DNA of 52,307 bases from an uncultured bacterium (GTDB lineage Bacteria > Auribacterota > Erginobacteria > Erginobacterales > Erginobacteraceae): NCBI GenBank assembly GCA_963822585.1, contig CAWGIE010000014.1, forward strand, positions 1 through 52,307. Direction: 5' to 3'. Both the position numbers and the translations under genes were made by a program. Every line of letters starts with the position of its first letter. Position 1 is the stretch's first letter. A model generated the notes under the pieces. That model made no database searches. It saw only the letters and a list, made by a program, of their open reading frames with translations, and was not told where the DNA came from. Positions 1 through 12,200 of the stretch are shown here, piece by piece.

Positions 1-362
1 GCGTAGTTGGAAACCGTGGACTCACCAAGGATCAAATAACCGCCCACGCTGATCAGGGGCACGATAACCGACAGCGCCATCATTATGCGTTGGCGCCAGA
101 CGGGCGGAAGCGGCCTCGCTGGCGCCGTTCTCGGTCTTCATTTTATCGCTTTTAAAATGCGTCTAGAGATCCGCGCGTTCGAGCTGATTCTTATTGTGTA
201 TTTCGATATGGCCCTGGGTTAGCAATAATTTATTGAGCCTGCTGCTGATACATTTCTATATTACGTGTACTGTTGTTCGCTGCCATCTATTGCTGTGCAA
301 CGTGCAAGTAAAGCGATGTTTACGCCAGCGGTTACGATGGCAACGACAACCCAAAAAAACAT
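1..362 (-). pseudogene. ccmI: Degraded 5' part of cytochrome c maturation protein CcmI/CycH
   Basis: Pieces in different frames: MFFWVVVAIVTAGVNIALL, NIEMYQQQ, RISRRILKA, ALSVIVPLISVGGYLILG. These match the CycH N-terminal TM1/'EISRRIL'/TM2 pattern; stops and frameshifts intervene; runs off the window edge. Confidence 0.6.
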
Positions 363-599
363 AGCGATGCGTAACCGCCTGGGCTTGATCGGCTTGTCGT
401 CCTGCCCAAACCGATCAAGTCTTGCCGGGGAAGCCGATGGCTTCAAAAAAAGAAGGTCATTCCGTCTCGCGGTGCGGCAGCAACTCTCAAGGGGGCTACC
501 TTCGGGGGCGAAGGCACGGAGCCGCCGCATATCGGGCGACGCCGACGGAATGACCTTTTGGGGCATCTCGGACGTGGTCCCACAGCGGATACCGGTGGG

Positions 600-1209
600 T
601 TGAGCAGATTACCCTCCTTAGTGCTGGCGAGATGGCAGAAACCGCATTCTTCCTTGTAGTTTTAACTCGGCGGTCATCGTTCGGGGTTCAGAATGGTTGA
701 AGCTTTAGTAGCCCTGATCCGCCGGACGCTGCAGTACGTTTGGTGTCCTTAACCGTCACGTCAGCTCCATTAAACGGGCCACCAAAAAATCCACGACCCG
801 AGGGCTCGGTGCGATAGCGATCGGGATTTTCGGCGGGCCAAGTCAATTGTAGTTCTTTGAAAAAGATATTCCCTCCGCAATTTTCCAGTCTTCTGATAAA
901 TCGCAAAGGAGCCTGGCTCGACATACACGTGATGGAATTCCGGAAAATTTTGTTTGCCGTTATTGAGCGCGTTTGGCGTCAGTGGCGAACCCACGAATAC
1001 CCAATGACGCCAATTTTTCGGAAGAAGAGCTCACGTCAGCATTATATTCAGGTAAATATCTTCCGGATGATGTTCGGGTTCTGTGAACGCCGGCGATCGA
1101 GCTTTACTCGGTGTCGACTGGCTTCACTCGGTGTCGATTGCAATGCGATGCCTGTCGCGAGGATTCCGCTGGCAACGAGCGCGAGGGTAATTGCTATCTT
1201 GGGGGTCAA
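600..1209 (-). pseudogene. Cytochrome P460 (CytL-type), frameshifted
   Basis: Signal peptide TPKIAITLALVASGILATGIALQ, then PKNWRHWVFVGSPLTPNALNNGKQNFPEFHHVYVEPGS, IFFKELQL..PAENPD..RTEPSGRGFF..NGADVTVKDTKR, and the heme motif ECGFCH near 630-650, spread over several frames. Confidence 0.85.
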
Positions 1210-1341
1210 GGCCAATTCTCCATCATCTGAGTTGGCGCGCGGCCTCGCGCCGAAACTGCCGGATATCCGATCGGCTAGCGTCAAGCACCAGCCGCGTTTG
1301 GTTGGTCGCCGCGCAAATGTACGATACCGAATTGGTCTGAA

Positions 1342-1366
1342 GTCCTTAAGTCGTATCCGTTGGTCC
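1342..1366 (-). promoter_or_regulatory. Repeated 25-bp motif (putative AraC-family site) upstream of P460 remnant
   Basis: Minus strand reads ggaccaacggatacgacttaaggac. Confidence 0.6.
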
Positions 1367-2919
1367 GTACTTACTGACCGATACTGGAGAATTTCGAATA
1401 TCCGACTGAAAGAAATGCATTCGAGCAGGCCCATTTGTCAGGCTTGCTAGTCGAAGAAATCTCGGATTTCGATAATGATCATTCAGCGAACCGCGATACC
1501 CAGGAGCGCAACATCATGCCCGATTCTGCTCCTGGTCATGTCGCTGGACGCCGGAAAGGCGCCGAGCATCGCCGTCACTTGCGGGGTCAATCACCGAATC
1601 GTCATGTATTTTTGCGATCGCTTTGATCGCGCGGAATTTGCTCGTCGCGGCGGTCCAGAACCTCTGCATGTGTAAGGGACTAGTCATCCATAGTCGCCCT
1701 TAAGGTAGCATTTGATAGTCGGGGGCCGGGCCCTCAAGGAAAATTCGGAGAAAATGTACGTTCGGCGAGCGGCCATCGCAGTGATGGCTGAAGTCGCGGG
1801 CGAAGTGCGAACGCCGTCCACAACCCTGATGTGAATGCCACTGCGAATAAAGCAATCAAACATCGGAGAAACAGTCCATCTGTACCCAATGATGGGTCCC
1901 GGGGAGGACCCCTGGACCATCGTCAAGCTCGAGAACGCTCCGGTAGAGACCCGCAAACTATTTACGGGCCTTTGTCCTCATCTCTGCTTCAATTCGGTCC
2001 GAAACGCCATGAGGAAAGAAGCCATCGCTGGTCTCGCAGGCAGTCGAAGGAATCTTGAAGTAGACCTGCGGACAGCGTCGGGCGAGTTCATATCCGCTCG
2101 TCTGGTCGACAAAAAATTGAAATATTGGCGATGCGGCCTTTGAAACCTGGATCGCAATCGTATGCAGCAAAGGTGGAATCAGACAAATCAGGCACATGTG
2201 GTCGCCAAAACTGAAAAAGTGGCACGATTCCTTCATTCGTGATTCCTTGAAATCTAATGCCTCGTCGGGGGAGACACGCTTCAGTGCTCCGGCCAGCGGG
2301 ATTGGCGGGGGGAAGCGCTATCTTTCTCCAGATGTATCGCGCTCGGCCGAACTATTGATCCAAAAGACGTAGCCAAGGATCCGAATTTAGGGACGCCATC
2401 TCCGCTCCATCGACGTGCTTCGGTGCGGCTGCACCTGAGAAGCGCGATGAGTCATAAGCGTTGAGAGATTTTTGATAAGCGTTAGCGAACGGGAAGCCTG
2501 CGATGAACACAGACATCTTTGCCAGATGGTCTTTGAACCCTCTGTGTTTAGCGAAAGCGGATGCGGCCGATAAGGGTAACGCTATCGAAAATGTCACAAG
2601 TTTTATCGGTTCACAGGAGCTCCTTGAGTATCTTGCGATGAAGGCTATTCGCCGGAAATGATCCGCCATTAGCAGATCGGGCGTATCCGTAGCTGCATTG
2701 GTTTGTCTTGAAAATGTCTGGCCATAAGCGTCTTCTCGGCACTGAAAGTCCTATATTGGGCGTCGATAATCCCTGACTCTGGAATGAAGCTTGTTTTCGC
2801 AAAGCCGATATGAATCATGACTGCGAATGATAAGGCAGCTCGGGTGGCGTGAAAAATATCGGAACGCTTGTACGAGGTTGAATTGCGGTCAATGAAGCAT
2901 CAATGTGAGTCGTCTGGCT

Positions 2920-4149
2920 ATGATATATGAGCAGAAGCTTGATGAGGCTTTAGAAGAAGTAAAACGCGAGGGTCGTTATCGTATCTTCGCTGATTTAATG
3001 CGTCGAACCGGAGCGTACCCGCGGGCTGACGTACTGAGAGAGGGAATTGCGAAGCCTATCACCGTTTGGTGCTCAAATGACTACTTGGGCATGGGCCAAC
3101 ACCCCAAAGTTATCGCTGCAATGCACGAGGCAATTGACCGTGTAGGTGCGGGCTCCGGTGGCACGCGCAATATTTCGGGCACGACCCACTATCACGTGGA
3201 GCTCGAGCGGGAGCTGGCTGATTTGCACGAGAAAGAAGCCGCTTTGCTGTTTACGTCGGCTTTCGTTGCCAACGAAGCGACCCTCTCCACACTTTCCCGT
3301 CTCCTTCCAGATTGCATAATCTTCTCAGACGAAAAAAACCATGCGTCGATGATTGCGGGCATTCGGAATGGCCGAGGTGAAAAGCAAATTTTTTTGCACA
3401 ATGATATCGCGGACCTTGAGGCAAGATTGAAGAAGATTCCTGATAGCCGGCCGAAGATCATCGCCTTTGAAAGCGTCTATTCGATGGATGGTCACGTCGC
3501 CCCGATAGGCGCGATTTGTGACTTGGCAAAACGATATAACGCAATGACCTATCTCGATGAAGTGCACGCCGTGGGTCTCTACGGTCCGCGAGGTGGCGGC
3601 ATCGCGGAAAGGGATGGTATCATGAATAGCGTGGATATCATCAATGGAACGCTGGCAAAGGGTTTCGGCACAATGGGCGGCTATATCGCGTCTTCCAGCG
3701 CACTTTGTGATGCTATTCGTTGTCATGCACCCGGGTTCATTTTCACCACATCCATTGCACCGGCCATTGCCGCTGGAGCTCTGGCATCGATCATGCATTT
3801 AAAAGCGAGCACGACCGAACGAGATGCCCACCAAGGGCGAGTGCGGACGGTGAAATCTCGTCTCTCGGAGGCCGGCATTCCGGTGATGGCCGGGCCCAGC
3901 CATATCGTGCCACTATTGGTCGCCGATCCCGTGCGATGCAAAGCACTTACGGATGCACTGCTCCACCGATGCGGGATCTATGTGCAGCCGATCAACTATC
4001 CGACGGTTCCACGAGGCACCGAACGGCTACGGTTGACACCTTCGCCGCAGCATACCGATGCAGATGTCGATCATTTGGTGAATGCGTTGTCCAATCTATG
4101 GTCGCAATGTCCGTTGACGCTCATGGAAAGCCTGGCTGCGGCGGAATAG
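2920..4149 (+). CDS. hemA: 5-aminolevulinate synthase
   Basis: [48 protein letters not shown] (PLP Lys), [16 protein letters not shown]; likely start ATG 2920. Confidence 0.97.
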   Translation: MIYEQKLDEALEEVKREGRYRIFADLMRRTGAYPRADVLREGIAKPITVWCSNDYLGMGQHPKVIAAMHEAIDRVGAGSGGTRNISGTTHYHVELERELADLHEKEAALLFTSAFVANEATLSTLSRLLPDCIIFSDEKNHASMIAGIRNGRGEKQIFLHNDIADLEARLKKIPDSRPKIIAFESVYSMDGHVAPIGAICDLAKRYNAMTYLDEVHAVGLYGPRGGGIAERDGIMNSVDIINGTLAKGFGTMGGYIASSSALCDAIRCHAPGFIFTTSIAPAIAAGALASIMHLKASTTERDAHQGRVRTVKSRLSEAGIPVMAGPSHIVPLLVADPVRCKALTDALLHRCGIYVQPINYPTVPRGTERLRLTPSPQHTDADVDHLVNALSNLWSQCPLTLMESLAAAE

Positions 4150-4436
4150 TCCGGGCGAACCGGAGGGAGGGGATAGGAAGCGCGGTGCGTCTTGAGGATA
4201 CCTCTGTCGGCCGATAGTTCGCAGTTGTCGTCAGATCCGGCCACCTAATCCGGATCGGAGTTCCGTCTGCGCCGTAGAGGACCGATACTCACATTTGGTT
4301 CGGCCTTACTCGCCGCGGGCAAAGGAGTTGAGGCGATCGTTACGACAGCCGTCATGACGGACCACGACAGGAGACGCTTGTTGCCGAGGAGGACATCTCA
4401 GCGATCGCATCGCTCCTCGGGAGGTAGAGAATCGAC

Positions 4437-4824
4437 CTATTGCCGCGCAGCTATGATCTCTATCTCCACCAGAACTTCTGGCTTGATCAACTGATTGACA
4501 ACCTGGAGCATGAGAGCCGGTCGCGCATCGCCGAGATATTCGCCGCGAATTTTTGCATAAACTGCAATGTTCTTAGGATCAGTGAGCGTAGCCGTGACTT
4601 TTACAAGATCTGCGACGCCCATCCCCGCATTTTCCAGTATCGCGAGAATATGCTTCCATGCGAGGCGCGTCTGGGCGTCAATTCCGTCGGGAAACGTACC
4701 ATCTTCTGCAACCGCGGGAGTGCCAGAACTGTGCAGCCATCTCGCGCCGGGAGCGACCTCGATGGCATCGCTGTATTTACCAACGTGCTTCGCTGCACCG
4801 ACGTTGTGGATCTTGTGAGTCTAT
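4437..4824 (-). CDS. RidA/YjgF family protein; start codon disrupted (ATAG in place of ATG)
   Basis: Open frame THKIHNVGAAKHVGKYSDAIEV..SSGTPA..AQTRLAWKHILAILENAGMGVADLVKV..RPALML..LVEIEIIA; GGAGA RBS upstream of the damaged start. Confidence 0.8.
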
Positions 4825-5114
4825 AGCAGTCTATCTCCAACTTTATGAGGATGGAGCTATCATCGGCCTCCATTACGGAAGGGATGAGAAGGAGTTTTTG
4901 TTCTAAAAGCCGATCGCGGCTACGATCGATCAGGTCTTGTGATCTGGCAATGGCGCATCAAGATTTCTTTCATTTATAAGTAGACCACCAGCAGCTGACG
5001 ACGAAGTCGACGGGATTCCGTTTGCTTCCTGAATGCTTCGATGATCCCACGCTCGCCAGCGTCGGCTTACAGATGCGTGGTTCGCGCAAATTAGAATAAT
5101 CCCCAATGCAAGGG

Positions 5115-5160
5115 GTCTCGCATTGGTAGCCGATTGTCCGATTTTTTATCAAGCGAGTCC
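5115..5160 (-). promoter_or_regulatory. Repeated motif with three half-sites between divergent RidA and AraC genes
   Basis: Plus-strand GTCY at 5115, 5136 and 5157; minus strand 5115-5139 reads ggacaatcggctaccaatgcgagac. Confidence 0.6.
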
Positions 5161-5234
5161 CAGAATTCGCAAACTCATGCAAAGGTGCTGTCTTTCGTCA
5201 TCCGAACCCAAGCATTGAGTTTAAAAGCCCTGAA

Positions 5235-6236
5235 ATGGCCTCCAATCGTCAAAGCATCAACGTGGCGACAGCCGATCTCGATCGCCTCATATCTGGCTTG
5301 TCGGTCGACATGGTTAGTCTCGCTGAGTGCATCGTCAGTCCTGGTTGGCGATTATCTTTTCCTGGTGGTCCAAGCGCGGCCCTGCATTACAATCTGGCGG
5401 GTGAGGGATGTATGCGAGTAGGCACCTTTCGCCCCATTCCGCTTGTGCCTCACACCTTCGTCATCGTTCCCGCAATGATTCCTTTTCGAATCGAGGCCAC
5501 CGAGCCGACGGGAAGGCGGATAAATCAAGTTGACGTTCGAAACCCGTCAGAGAGAGCGAATGACGTCAACAGGTATGTAGCCGGAAAGCCGGATGTCGCG
5601 GGCGTGTTGATTATTTGCGGATACGCTCGCATTTTTTTCGGAAAGTCGCTCGATATTTTCGAGAATCTCTCGACGCCTATTGTCGAGCAGTTTGCCGAAA
5701 GTGATAAGCTTGACCTCCACTTGAGAGCGGCTCTGTCGGAGCTGATTGCCCAGGAAGTAGGGATGGACGTGATGACGGCATCATTGCTCACGCAGGTCCT
5801 TGTCAGCGTTCTGCGGCGATCGATGAAGTCTCCCGAGCGCTGGCTCGAACGTTTTCCGTTACTGAGCGATCCCCAAATTGCGCGCGCACTGGCTGATATG
5901 GTGGCCGAGCCTGGCGCCGCTCACTCGGTGCAAACTCTAGCAAACACCGCAGGTTTAAGTCGGTCGAGGTTCATGGAGCGTTTTACAAGTTTGGTCGGCC
6001 TATCGCCTCTCGCGATGTTGCGGCAACTCCGAATGAAAGAAGCCGCCAGTCTATTGGAATCCGACCAGCTATCCATGGATCATATTTCTAACGCCGTTGG
6101 CTATTCGAGCCGGACAAGTTTCACCCGAGCATTTCGATCGATATACGGTGTCGAACCTACAGAATATCGGGTACCTAAGAACGGAAAGCCGGTCGCCATA
6201 CGCGGCAAGCATGAACCGCAAGACGATAATAGCTGA
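5235..6236 (+). CDS. AraC-family regulator with N-terminal cupin domain (RclR-like), copy 1
   Basis: C-terminal HTH LANTAGLSRSRFMERF..VGYSSRTSFTRAFRSIYGVEPTEYR; N-terminal ECIVSPGW and IICGY. Confidence 0.93.
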   Translation: MASNRQSINVATADLDRLISGLSVDMVSLAECIVSPGWRLSFPGGPSAALHYNLAGEGCMRVGTFRPIPLVPHTFVIVPAMIPFRIEATEPTGRRINQVDVRNPSERANDVNRYVAGKPDVAGVLIICGYARIFFGKSLDIFENLSTPIVEQFAESDKLDLHLRAALSELIAQEVGMDVMTASLLTQVLVSVLRRSMKSPERWLERFPLLSDPQIARALADMVAEPGAAHSVQTLANTAGLSRSRFMERFTSLVGLSPLAMLRQLRMKEAASLLESDQLSMDHISNAVGYSSRTSFTRAFRSIYGVEPTEYRVPKNGKPVAIRGKHEPQDDNS

Positions 6237-6273
6237 TGGGCTGTGTACTTAGCAGATCGTGTCGCTGTTGGCG

Positions 6274-6921
6274 TCATTGAGAAGAGTACACATCAGTCAT
6301 CGCCTTCAGACTCCTGTGTAACGCCACGCGGACAGCAGACTCTGTAACGCCATATCGATCCGCCAGATCCCTAGGTTTATAACCGTGAATGGCGATCAAC
6401 GAAACGATTTCCCGATTACGTTGCGATAGTCGGCTCAAAATGAGCTCCGTATCGTAACGATCGCTCATCGCATCGGACTCTTGGATTTTGGTAGGAAGGA
6501 ATTCGAGAGAGGCGGAGTTAACGAGCGTCTCCCGTCTCCGCGCTCGGCGGCGAAGATGGTCCAAAATCTTGTTTCGCAATATAGTACTTGCCCAAGGCAG
6601 TAATGATACGCTTAGATTCCAGAGATGTCGCCGAGTGTGAATTGCTATCAGCGCATCCTGGACGATGTCATCCTGATCTATATCCGGAATACGATATGTG
6701 CGAGCGTGTCCGCGGACGAGGCATCTGAGCAGCCGTGGCAATCGTTTCATGAGCTCGGAGTACGCAGCCTCATCCCCTTTTGCCGCGAGCCGCAACAACC
6801 GGGAGCACTCCAGGTCCTGTGATGCAAGTGTGATGCTCGATCGCCGGTAGTTCGGCGCATCCGGCTTTACCTGCTTCTTTATCCGGAGTTGCACACCATC
6901 TGCACACAATTTTTCTGACAT
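6274..6921 (-). CDS. ECF sigma-70 factor (SigF/ECF16-like); true start may be further downstream
   Basis: GDEAAYSELM, DDIVQDALIAIHTRRHLW, PWASTILRNKILDHLRRR, region 4 GVTESAVRVALHRSLK. Confidence 0.88.
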   Translation of the reverse strand: MSEKLCADGVQLRIKKQVKPDAPNYRRSSITLASQDLECSRLLRLAAKGDEAAYSELMKRLPRLLRCLVRGHARTYRIPDIDQDDIVQDALIAIHTRRHLWNLSVSLLPWASTILRNKILDHLRRRARRRETLVNSASLEFLPTKIQESDAMSDRYDTELILSRLSQRNREIVSLIAIHGYKPRDLADRYGVTESAVRVALHRSLKAMTDVYSSQ

Positions 6922-7024
6922 CCAAATTTATCCAGATCGCTAAAACTATCCAATGACGCCGAAGCTTCGTTCGGCGGGCCAAAGGAGCCGTTCCGTAGAG
7001 CTAGGGCATCGAACCGTTCCGATG

Positions 7025-7049
7025 GTCCGGAGATGGTCGCCGTTCGTCT
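7025..7049 (-). promoter_or_regulatory. Repeated 25-bp motif upstream of ECF sigma
   Basis: Minus strand reads agacgaacggcgaccatctccggac. Confidence 0.6.
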
Positions 7050-7161
7050 GAATTTTATTTCGGGTGAGACGAGAGCGTCGGATATCTCGGTATTTGAGGA
7101 GATAAGGTGATTGGACGCGACGTACTACCAAGCAACTTCATGCTGAATTGCTGGAAGTACA

Positions 7162-7723
7162 ATGCGAGCGAATGTAATTCTTTCGGCGTTTGTAAAGACT
7201 GCCGCGATCATGGCTTCGGCACATTCCGCTGAAGATCCGCTAACGAAAGAGGCTCAATCGAGGTTCACCCCGGTTCCGCTCGTTCCGCGGCAAAGACACG
7301 CCCTCGATGCCAGCACCGTTTTCAATAACGTCCTCAATATTGCTCGGTGCTGGGATGGCCGGGCCGCGGATTTAATGGCTCAAGCAGGGGGCCCCTACGA
7401 AGCCCCGTAGAAATAGCAATGTCCGCGCCAGCACGCTGTCGTTCGAAGCCACCTTCACTACCCCTAACGCTCCGTTCGATAAGTACCTCCGCGGCGGCGC
7501 CGAAGAGTTGACGCCCGAGCAGAAGAAGAACCTAGAGCTTTTCGTGAACAAGGTATGCTCATCCTGCTATTTCGGAATGAATGTTGGTGCAGAGACTGAC
7601 GCGCCCTTTGGTATTGTCGGAAAAGCCCGGAGCAGAATTCTTGACACGGGGCGCTTTCAGTCCACGCACACCGTCGACACCGAATACGTTTTTCGCGTGC
7701 CACCCTTCGCAACGCCGAACTGA
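7162..7723 (+). pseudogene. Di-heme cytochrome c peroxidase remnant with internal deletions
   Basis: Signal peptide, STVFNNVLNIARCWDGRAADLMAQAGGP, FEATFTTPNAPFDKYLRG, LFVNKVCSSCY (damaged CxxCH), DTGRF..YVFRVPP; far shorter than a full CCP. Confidence 0.82.
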
Positions 7724-7828
7724 CTGCGCCGTATACAGCAGCGCGGCGAACTAAACTAACGTAAATTGAGGCTTAGCTCGCGGCGCCAGCGCCAGCGACA
7801 ACGAACGTGCTAAACGCGGCGACGCGGA

Positions 7829-8455
7829 TTAAGATTTCGGCACGGCGAGTTCGAGCCTGTCCGCCATTCGAACCAATTCCACGATCGAATTCGCTTCCAT
7901 TTTCCGCATGATATTGCCGCGATGGACCTTAACGGTCGCCTCACTCAAATTAAGATCGGCGGCAATCTGTTTATTCAAACATCCGCTCATCAGAAAAGTC
8001 AGTATTTCTCGTTCGCGCGGAGTCAATGCCGCGTAACTGTCCTGCAACTCCGTAAGGGCCAAGGCGTCGCGGCGGCGGGCGCAATCACGGTCGATCCCCC
8101 TTTGCACAGCCTCGAGTAAATCCTGGTCGCGGAATGGCTTTGTAAGAAACTCTATGGCGCCCGCTTTTAGTGCGCGGACAGTCATGGGGATATCGCCGTG
8201 GCCGCTGATGAAGATGATCGGGTACTGAATGTTGGCTTTGATTAGCTCGCATTGGAAGTCCAGACCGCTTATTCCCGGCAGCCGAACATCAAGAACCATG
8301 CAACCGGGGGAATTGGGCTGCTTGCTTGCTAAGAACTCTTGCGGTGACGGAAACGCTCGTACTCCAAGGTCGACTGAGCGAAAAAGCCGTTGGAGCGACT
8401 CTCGGACTAATTGGTCATCATCTATCACGAAGACGACAGGCTTTTCTTCACTCAT
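7829..8455 (-). CDS. FixJ/NodW-type response regulator (REC + LuxR HTH)
   Basis: VFVIDDD, LDVRLPG, ISGHGDIPM, LTPREREIL..NKQIAADLNLSEATVKVHRGNIMRK. Confidence 0.95.
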   Translation of the reverse strand: MSEEKPVVFVIDDDQLVRESLQRLFRSVDLGVRAFPSPQEFLASKQPNSPGCMVLDVRLPGISGLDFQCELIKANIQYPIIFISGHGDIPMTVRALKAGAIEFLTKPFRDQDLLEAVQRGIDRDCARRRDALALTELQDSYAALTPREREILTFLMSGCLNKQIAADLNLSEATVKVHRGNIMRKMEANSIVELVRMADRLELAVPKS

Positions 8456-8709
8456 AACGCCACACGATACCGATGATCCTCTGAACGAGAAATTGCGATA
8501 TTATATTGCTGTTTCAATGAGTTAAAACTTCTAAGTGGAAGGGTTAATCGCTTGGCGAACGATCGGGCGTCGAGGTTTAATTGCAAAATGTCCGATGATC
8601 CGAACGTGTCGCCATCTACTCCAATCGTTTAGGCGACTAAACTATATGACTGGTTGGCCTCAGCCTAAGTACAATTGAGCTAAGTCCGTTCCCAGCCTTA
8701 TCTTGAATT

Positions 8710-9105
8710 ATGAAGCAAAAAATTGGGATGGCGAACAAGTCAATGATTGCGGTCGTTGACGACGATGAGTTTGTGCGCAAATCATTAGCAAGTCTTTTGA
8801 GAGCGTTCGGGTTTGCGTCAGAGGCCTTTTCAAGCGCAGATACGTTTCTGAAATCCGATGGTCTGCGCCGTACGGCATGCTTGATTGCGGACTTTCATAT
8901 GCCAGGCATGAACGGCTTAGAGCTGCAAAGTCATCTGACACAAGTAGGCAATACTATTCCCACCATTCTGATCACGGCCTCTCCGGATGAGGAGACGCGC
9001 GACCGCGCGCAGAAAAGGGGGGTGATTGGCTATTTGGTAAAGCCTTTCGATGCCGATGAATTGCGCAAATGCATCGAACTCGCGATCGAGCGCGGTAGCT
9101 CATAG
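8710..9105 (+). CDS. Single-domain response regulator
   Basis: AVVDDD, IADFHMPGMNG, LITA, YLVKPF; start may be 8728. Confidence 0.92.
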   Translation: MKQKIGMANKSMIAVVDDDEFVRKSLASLLRAFGFASEAFSSADTFLKSDGLRRTACLIADFHMPGMNGLELQSHLTQVGNTIPTILITASPDEETRDRAQKRGVIGYLVKPFDADELRKCIELAIERGSS

Positions 9106-9273
9106 TAATTTCTCAGCATTGAGGTCATTCAACAGGGTCAGAAAGGGAAACTATCGATTCCACGACATTTTGCGAGCTCCAATCTTCAGATAAGCGCGGC
9201 TGATAGGGAACTGCGTGGTCGTGCGGAAGTTATCACTCAAGCCAAAAATTATGGGCCTTAGCGGACCGTAACT

Positions 9274-12200
9274 ATGGATATTAGTGAATATGCGCTGGAG
9301 GTGCTCCGCGACGACGGAGAACTGACGTTAAGTCGGGCTCGGAGTCCCTGCAACTCAGTCAGTATACTCACACTTGTCGCCCGGCGTTCGGCTCAGAAAG
9401 CCGTGGCTCGCCTTGAACACGAGTTTGGATTAAGCAAGTTGCTCGAACTCGCGATGGGCGGTTCGACCACTCGGCCTCCAGCGGGATAAAAACGATTCCA
9501 CCATTCTCGTGCTCGAGGATAATGGCGGAGATCCTCTCGACCGTGTGCTGAGTGTCCCCCTTGAACTAACTAGTTTCCTGAGCCTCGCGGTTAATCTGGC
9601 GACGGCGGTCGGGCAAGTCCATCGGCGTGGTCTCATCCACAAGGACATTAAGCCAGCCAATGTGTTCGTTAACTATACGACGAGTCAAATTTGGCTGACT
9701 GGATTTGGCGTCGCATCGCGTCTTCCGCGCGAGCATCAGTCACCAGAGCCACCTCAGTTTATTGCCGGTACGCTCCCCTATATGGCGCCCGAACAGACCG
9801 GACGAATGAATCGCTCGATCGATTCCCGGAGCGACCTCTACTCACTAGGGATCACGCTTTACGAAACGCTGACCGGCACTCTTCCATTCTCGGCGTCCGA
9901 TCCGATGGGGTGGGTGCATTGCCACATTGCGAGGCAGCCGGCGCCGCCCGGCGAGCGGTTGAAAAACGTGCCGGCCACTGTCTCTGAAATCATCATGAAG
10001 CTGCTCGCCAAAAGCGCGGAGGAACGTTACCAGACAGCGGCTGGCGTTGAGCACGATCTCCGACGCTGTCTTATTGGATGGGAAACCCAAGGCCGTATCG
10101 ACGAATTCTTGCTCGGCGAACACGATACGCCGGATCGGCTGCTAATTCCCGAGAAATTGTACGGGCGAGCAGCAGAGATCGATACCCTGCTCGCTGCCTT
10201 CGACCGCGTCGTAGTCGGAGGCAGGCCGGAGTTGGTGCTCGTTTCCGGATATTCCGGTATCGGCAAATCCTCCGTCGTCAATGAGCTCCACAAACCCCTT
10301 GTTCCGCCGCGCGGCCTTTTTGCATCGGGCAAATTCGACCAACACAAGCGCGACATTCCTTATGCCACTTTAGCACAGGCTTTTCAGAGCCTAGTTCGTG
10401 CGCTTCTGAGTAAGAGTGAAGCAGAGTTGCGCGAATGGCGCGACGCCCTACGTGAGGCGTTAGATCCGAACGGTCTGCTCGTTGCGGATCTGGTCCCGGA
10501 ATTGAAGCACATCATCGGAGAACAGCCACCAGTACCTGAACTTCCGCCACAGGATGCGCAGGGCCGTTTCAAGTTAGTATTGAGACGATTTATCAGCGTA
10601 TTCGCGCGGCCGGAGCATCCGTTGGCCTTGTTCCTCGACGATTTGCAATGGCTCGACGGCGCAACTCTCGATTTGCTTGAGGATCTGCTGACTCGGCCGG
10701 ATATCCGCAATTTGTTATTGATCGGTGCCTACCGCGACAATGAAGTCAATTCCGCTCATCCGCTGAAGCGCAGACTCAAATCGATGCGCCAGGCCGGAGC
10801 GATACTACAGGATATCGTACTTGCACCTCTAACTTGCGAAGACCTGGGACGATTAATTGCGGATACTCTTCGCTGCGGACCGGAGCGAGCCACTCCGCTA
10901 GCGCGGCTAATGAAAGATAAAACGGGCGGCAATCCATTTTTCATCATTCAGTTTATTTCGACGCTTGCCGAAGAGGGGTTGCTCGCCTTCGATCACGGCG
11001 AAGCGCGATGGTCTTGGAACCCAAATCGCATCGAAGCCAAAGGTTACACCGATAATGTGGTGGACCTTGTTGTCGGGAAGTTGAACCGCCTGCCCGTCGA
11101 AACTCAGAAAGCCTTACAGCAGCTTGCCTGCATGGGCCATAGTGCGGAGTTTGACCTGTTGAGGTTGGTTTACGGGGGCTCGAAGGACCATATGCACGGC
11201 CAGCTTTGGGAAGCAGTCCGAGCGGGCCTCGTTTTCCGTTCGGAAAATTCTTACAGGTTCCTCCACGATCGTGTCCAAGAAGCAGCCTACTCTTTGATTC
11301 CAGAAGCATTGCGCGCCGAAGCCCATCTCCGAATAGGAACGCTGCTCGCGGAACACACCCTTCCAGAGAAACGCGAGGAGGCGATCTTCGAGATCGTCAA
11401 TCAGGTCAACCGCGGTTCTCACCTTCTAACATCACCGGAGGAGCGTGACCGTGTCGCAGAATTGAATTTGATTGCAGCTCGTCGCGCGAAGATTTCGACA
11501 GCGTACACCTCGGCGCTCAAGTACCTCAACGCTGGCCGGGGATTGTTGACTGACGGTAGCTGGTGCCACAACTACGCGCTCATCTTCTCAATCGAATATC
11601 TTATGGCCGAGTGCGAGCTATTGACTGCGAATATGGCGGCGGCTGAAAATCGGCTTTCAACGCTGGCGGAGTGTGCCAAGGGCAACCACGATATTGCTGT
11701 CGTTACGCGATTGCGTCTTACGCTTTACACGACTTTGGACCGAAGCGACCGCGGGGTGGAGGTGTGCCTCGAGTACCTGCGACGCCGCGGCACTGATTGG
11801 TCGCCACATCCGACCAAAGATGAAGTAATGCGCGAATACAATCGAATCTGGTCCCTGGTTGGAAGTCGGCGGATTGAAGAACTCATCGATTTACCTCTAA
11901 TAACCGACCCTCAACTCCTGGACGTTCTAGACGTCCTAACTGAGTTTGTAACGCCGGCGTTGTTTTGCGACGAGAACTTATGTTCACTCCTAATCTGCTA
12001 CATGGTGAATCTCAGTCTTGAGCACGGAAACAGCGACGCGGCGTGCTTCGCCTATGTATGGTTTGCGATCATCGCGGGGCCGCGCTTCGGTAACTACAGG
12101 GATGGATTTCGGTTCGGTCGGCTTGGCTATGAACTCGTCGAAAAGCGCGGGTTAACGCGCTATCAAGCTCGAACGTATATGTCTTTTGGAAATATCGTCA

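Noticed and set aside
1755..2143. Possible broken gene with GGAG RBS (ORF 1835-2143)
   Set aside because: No family recognised and an in-frame stop precedes it; needs BLASTX.
2352..2802. Possible hemN C-terminal relic divergent from hemA
   Set aside because: Resemblance too faint; no diagnostic motif.
2878..2892. TTGA-N7-TCAA upstream of hemA as an FNR/FixK box
   Set aside because: Spacing is one base too long for TTGAT-N4-ATCAA.
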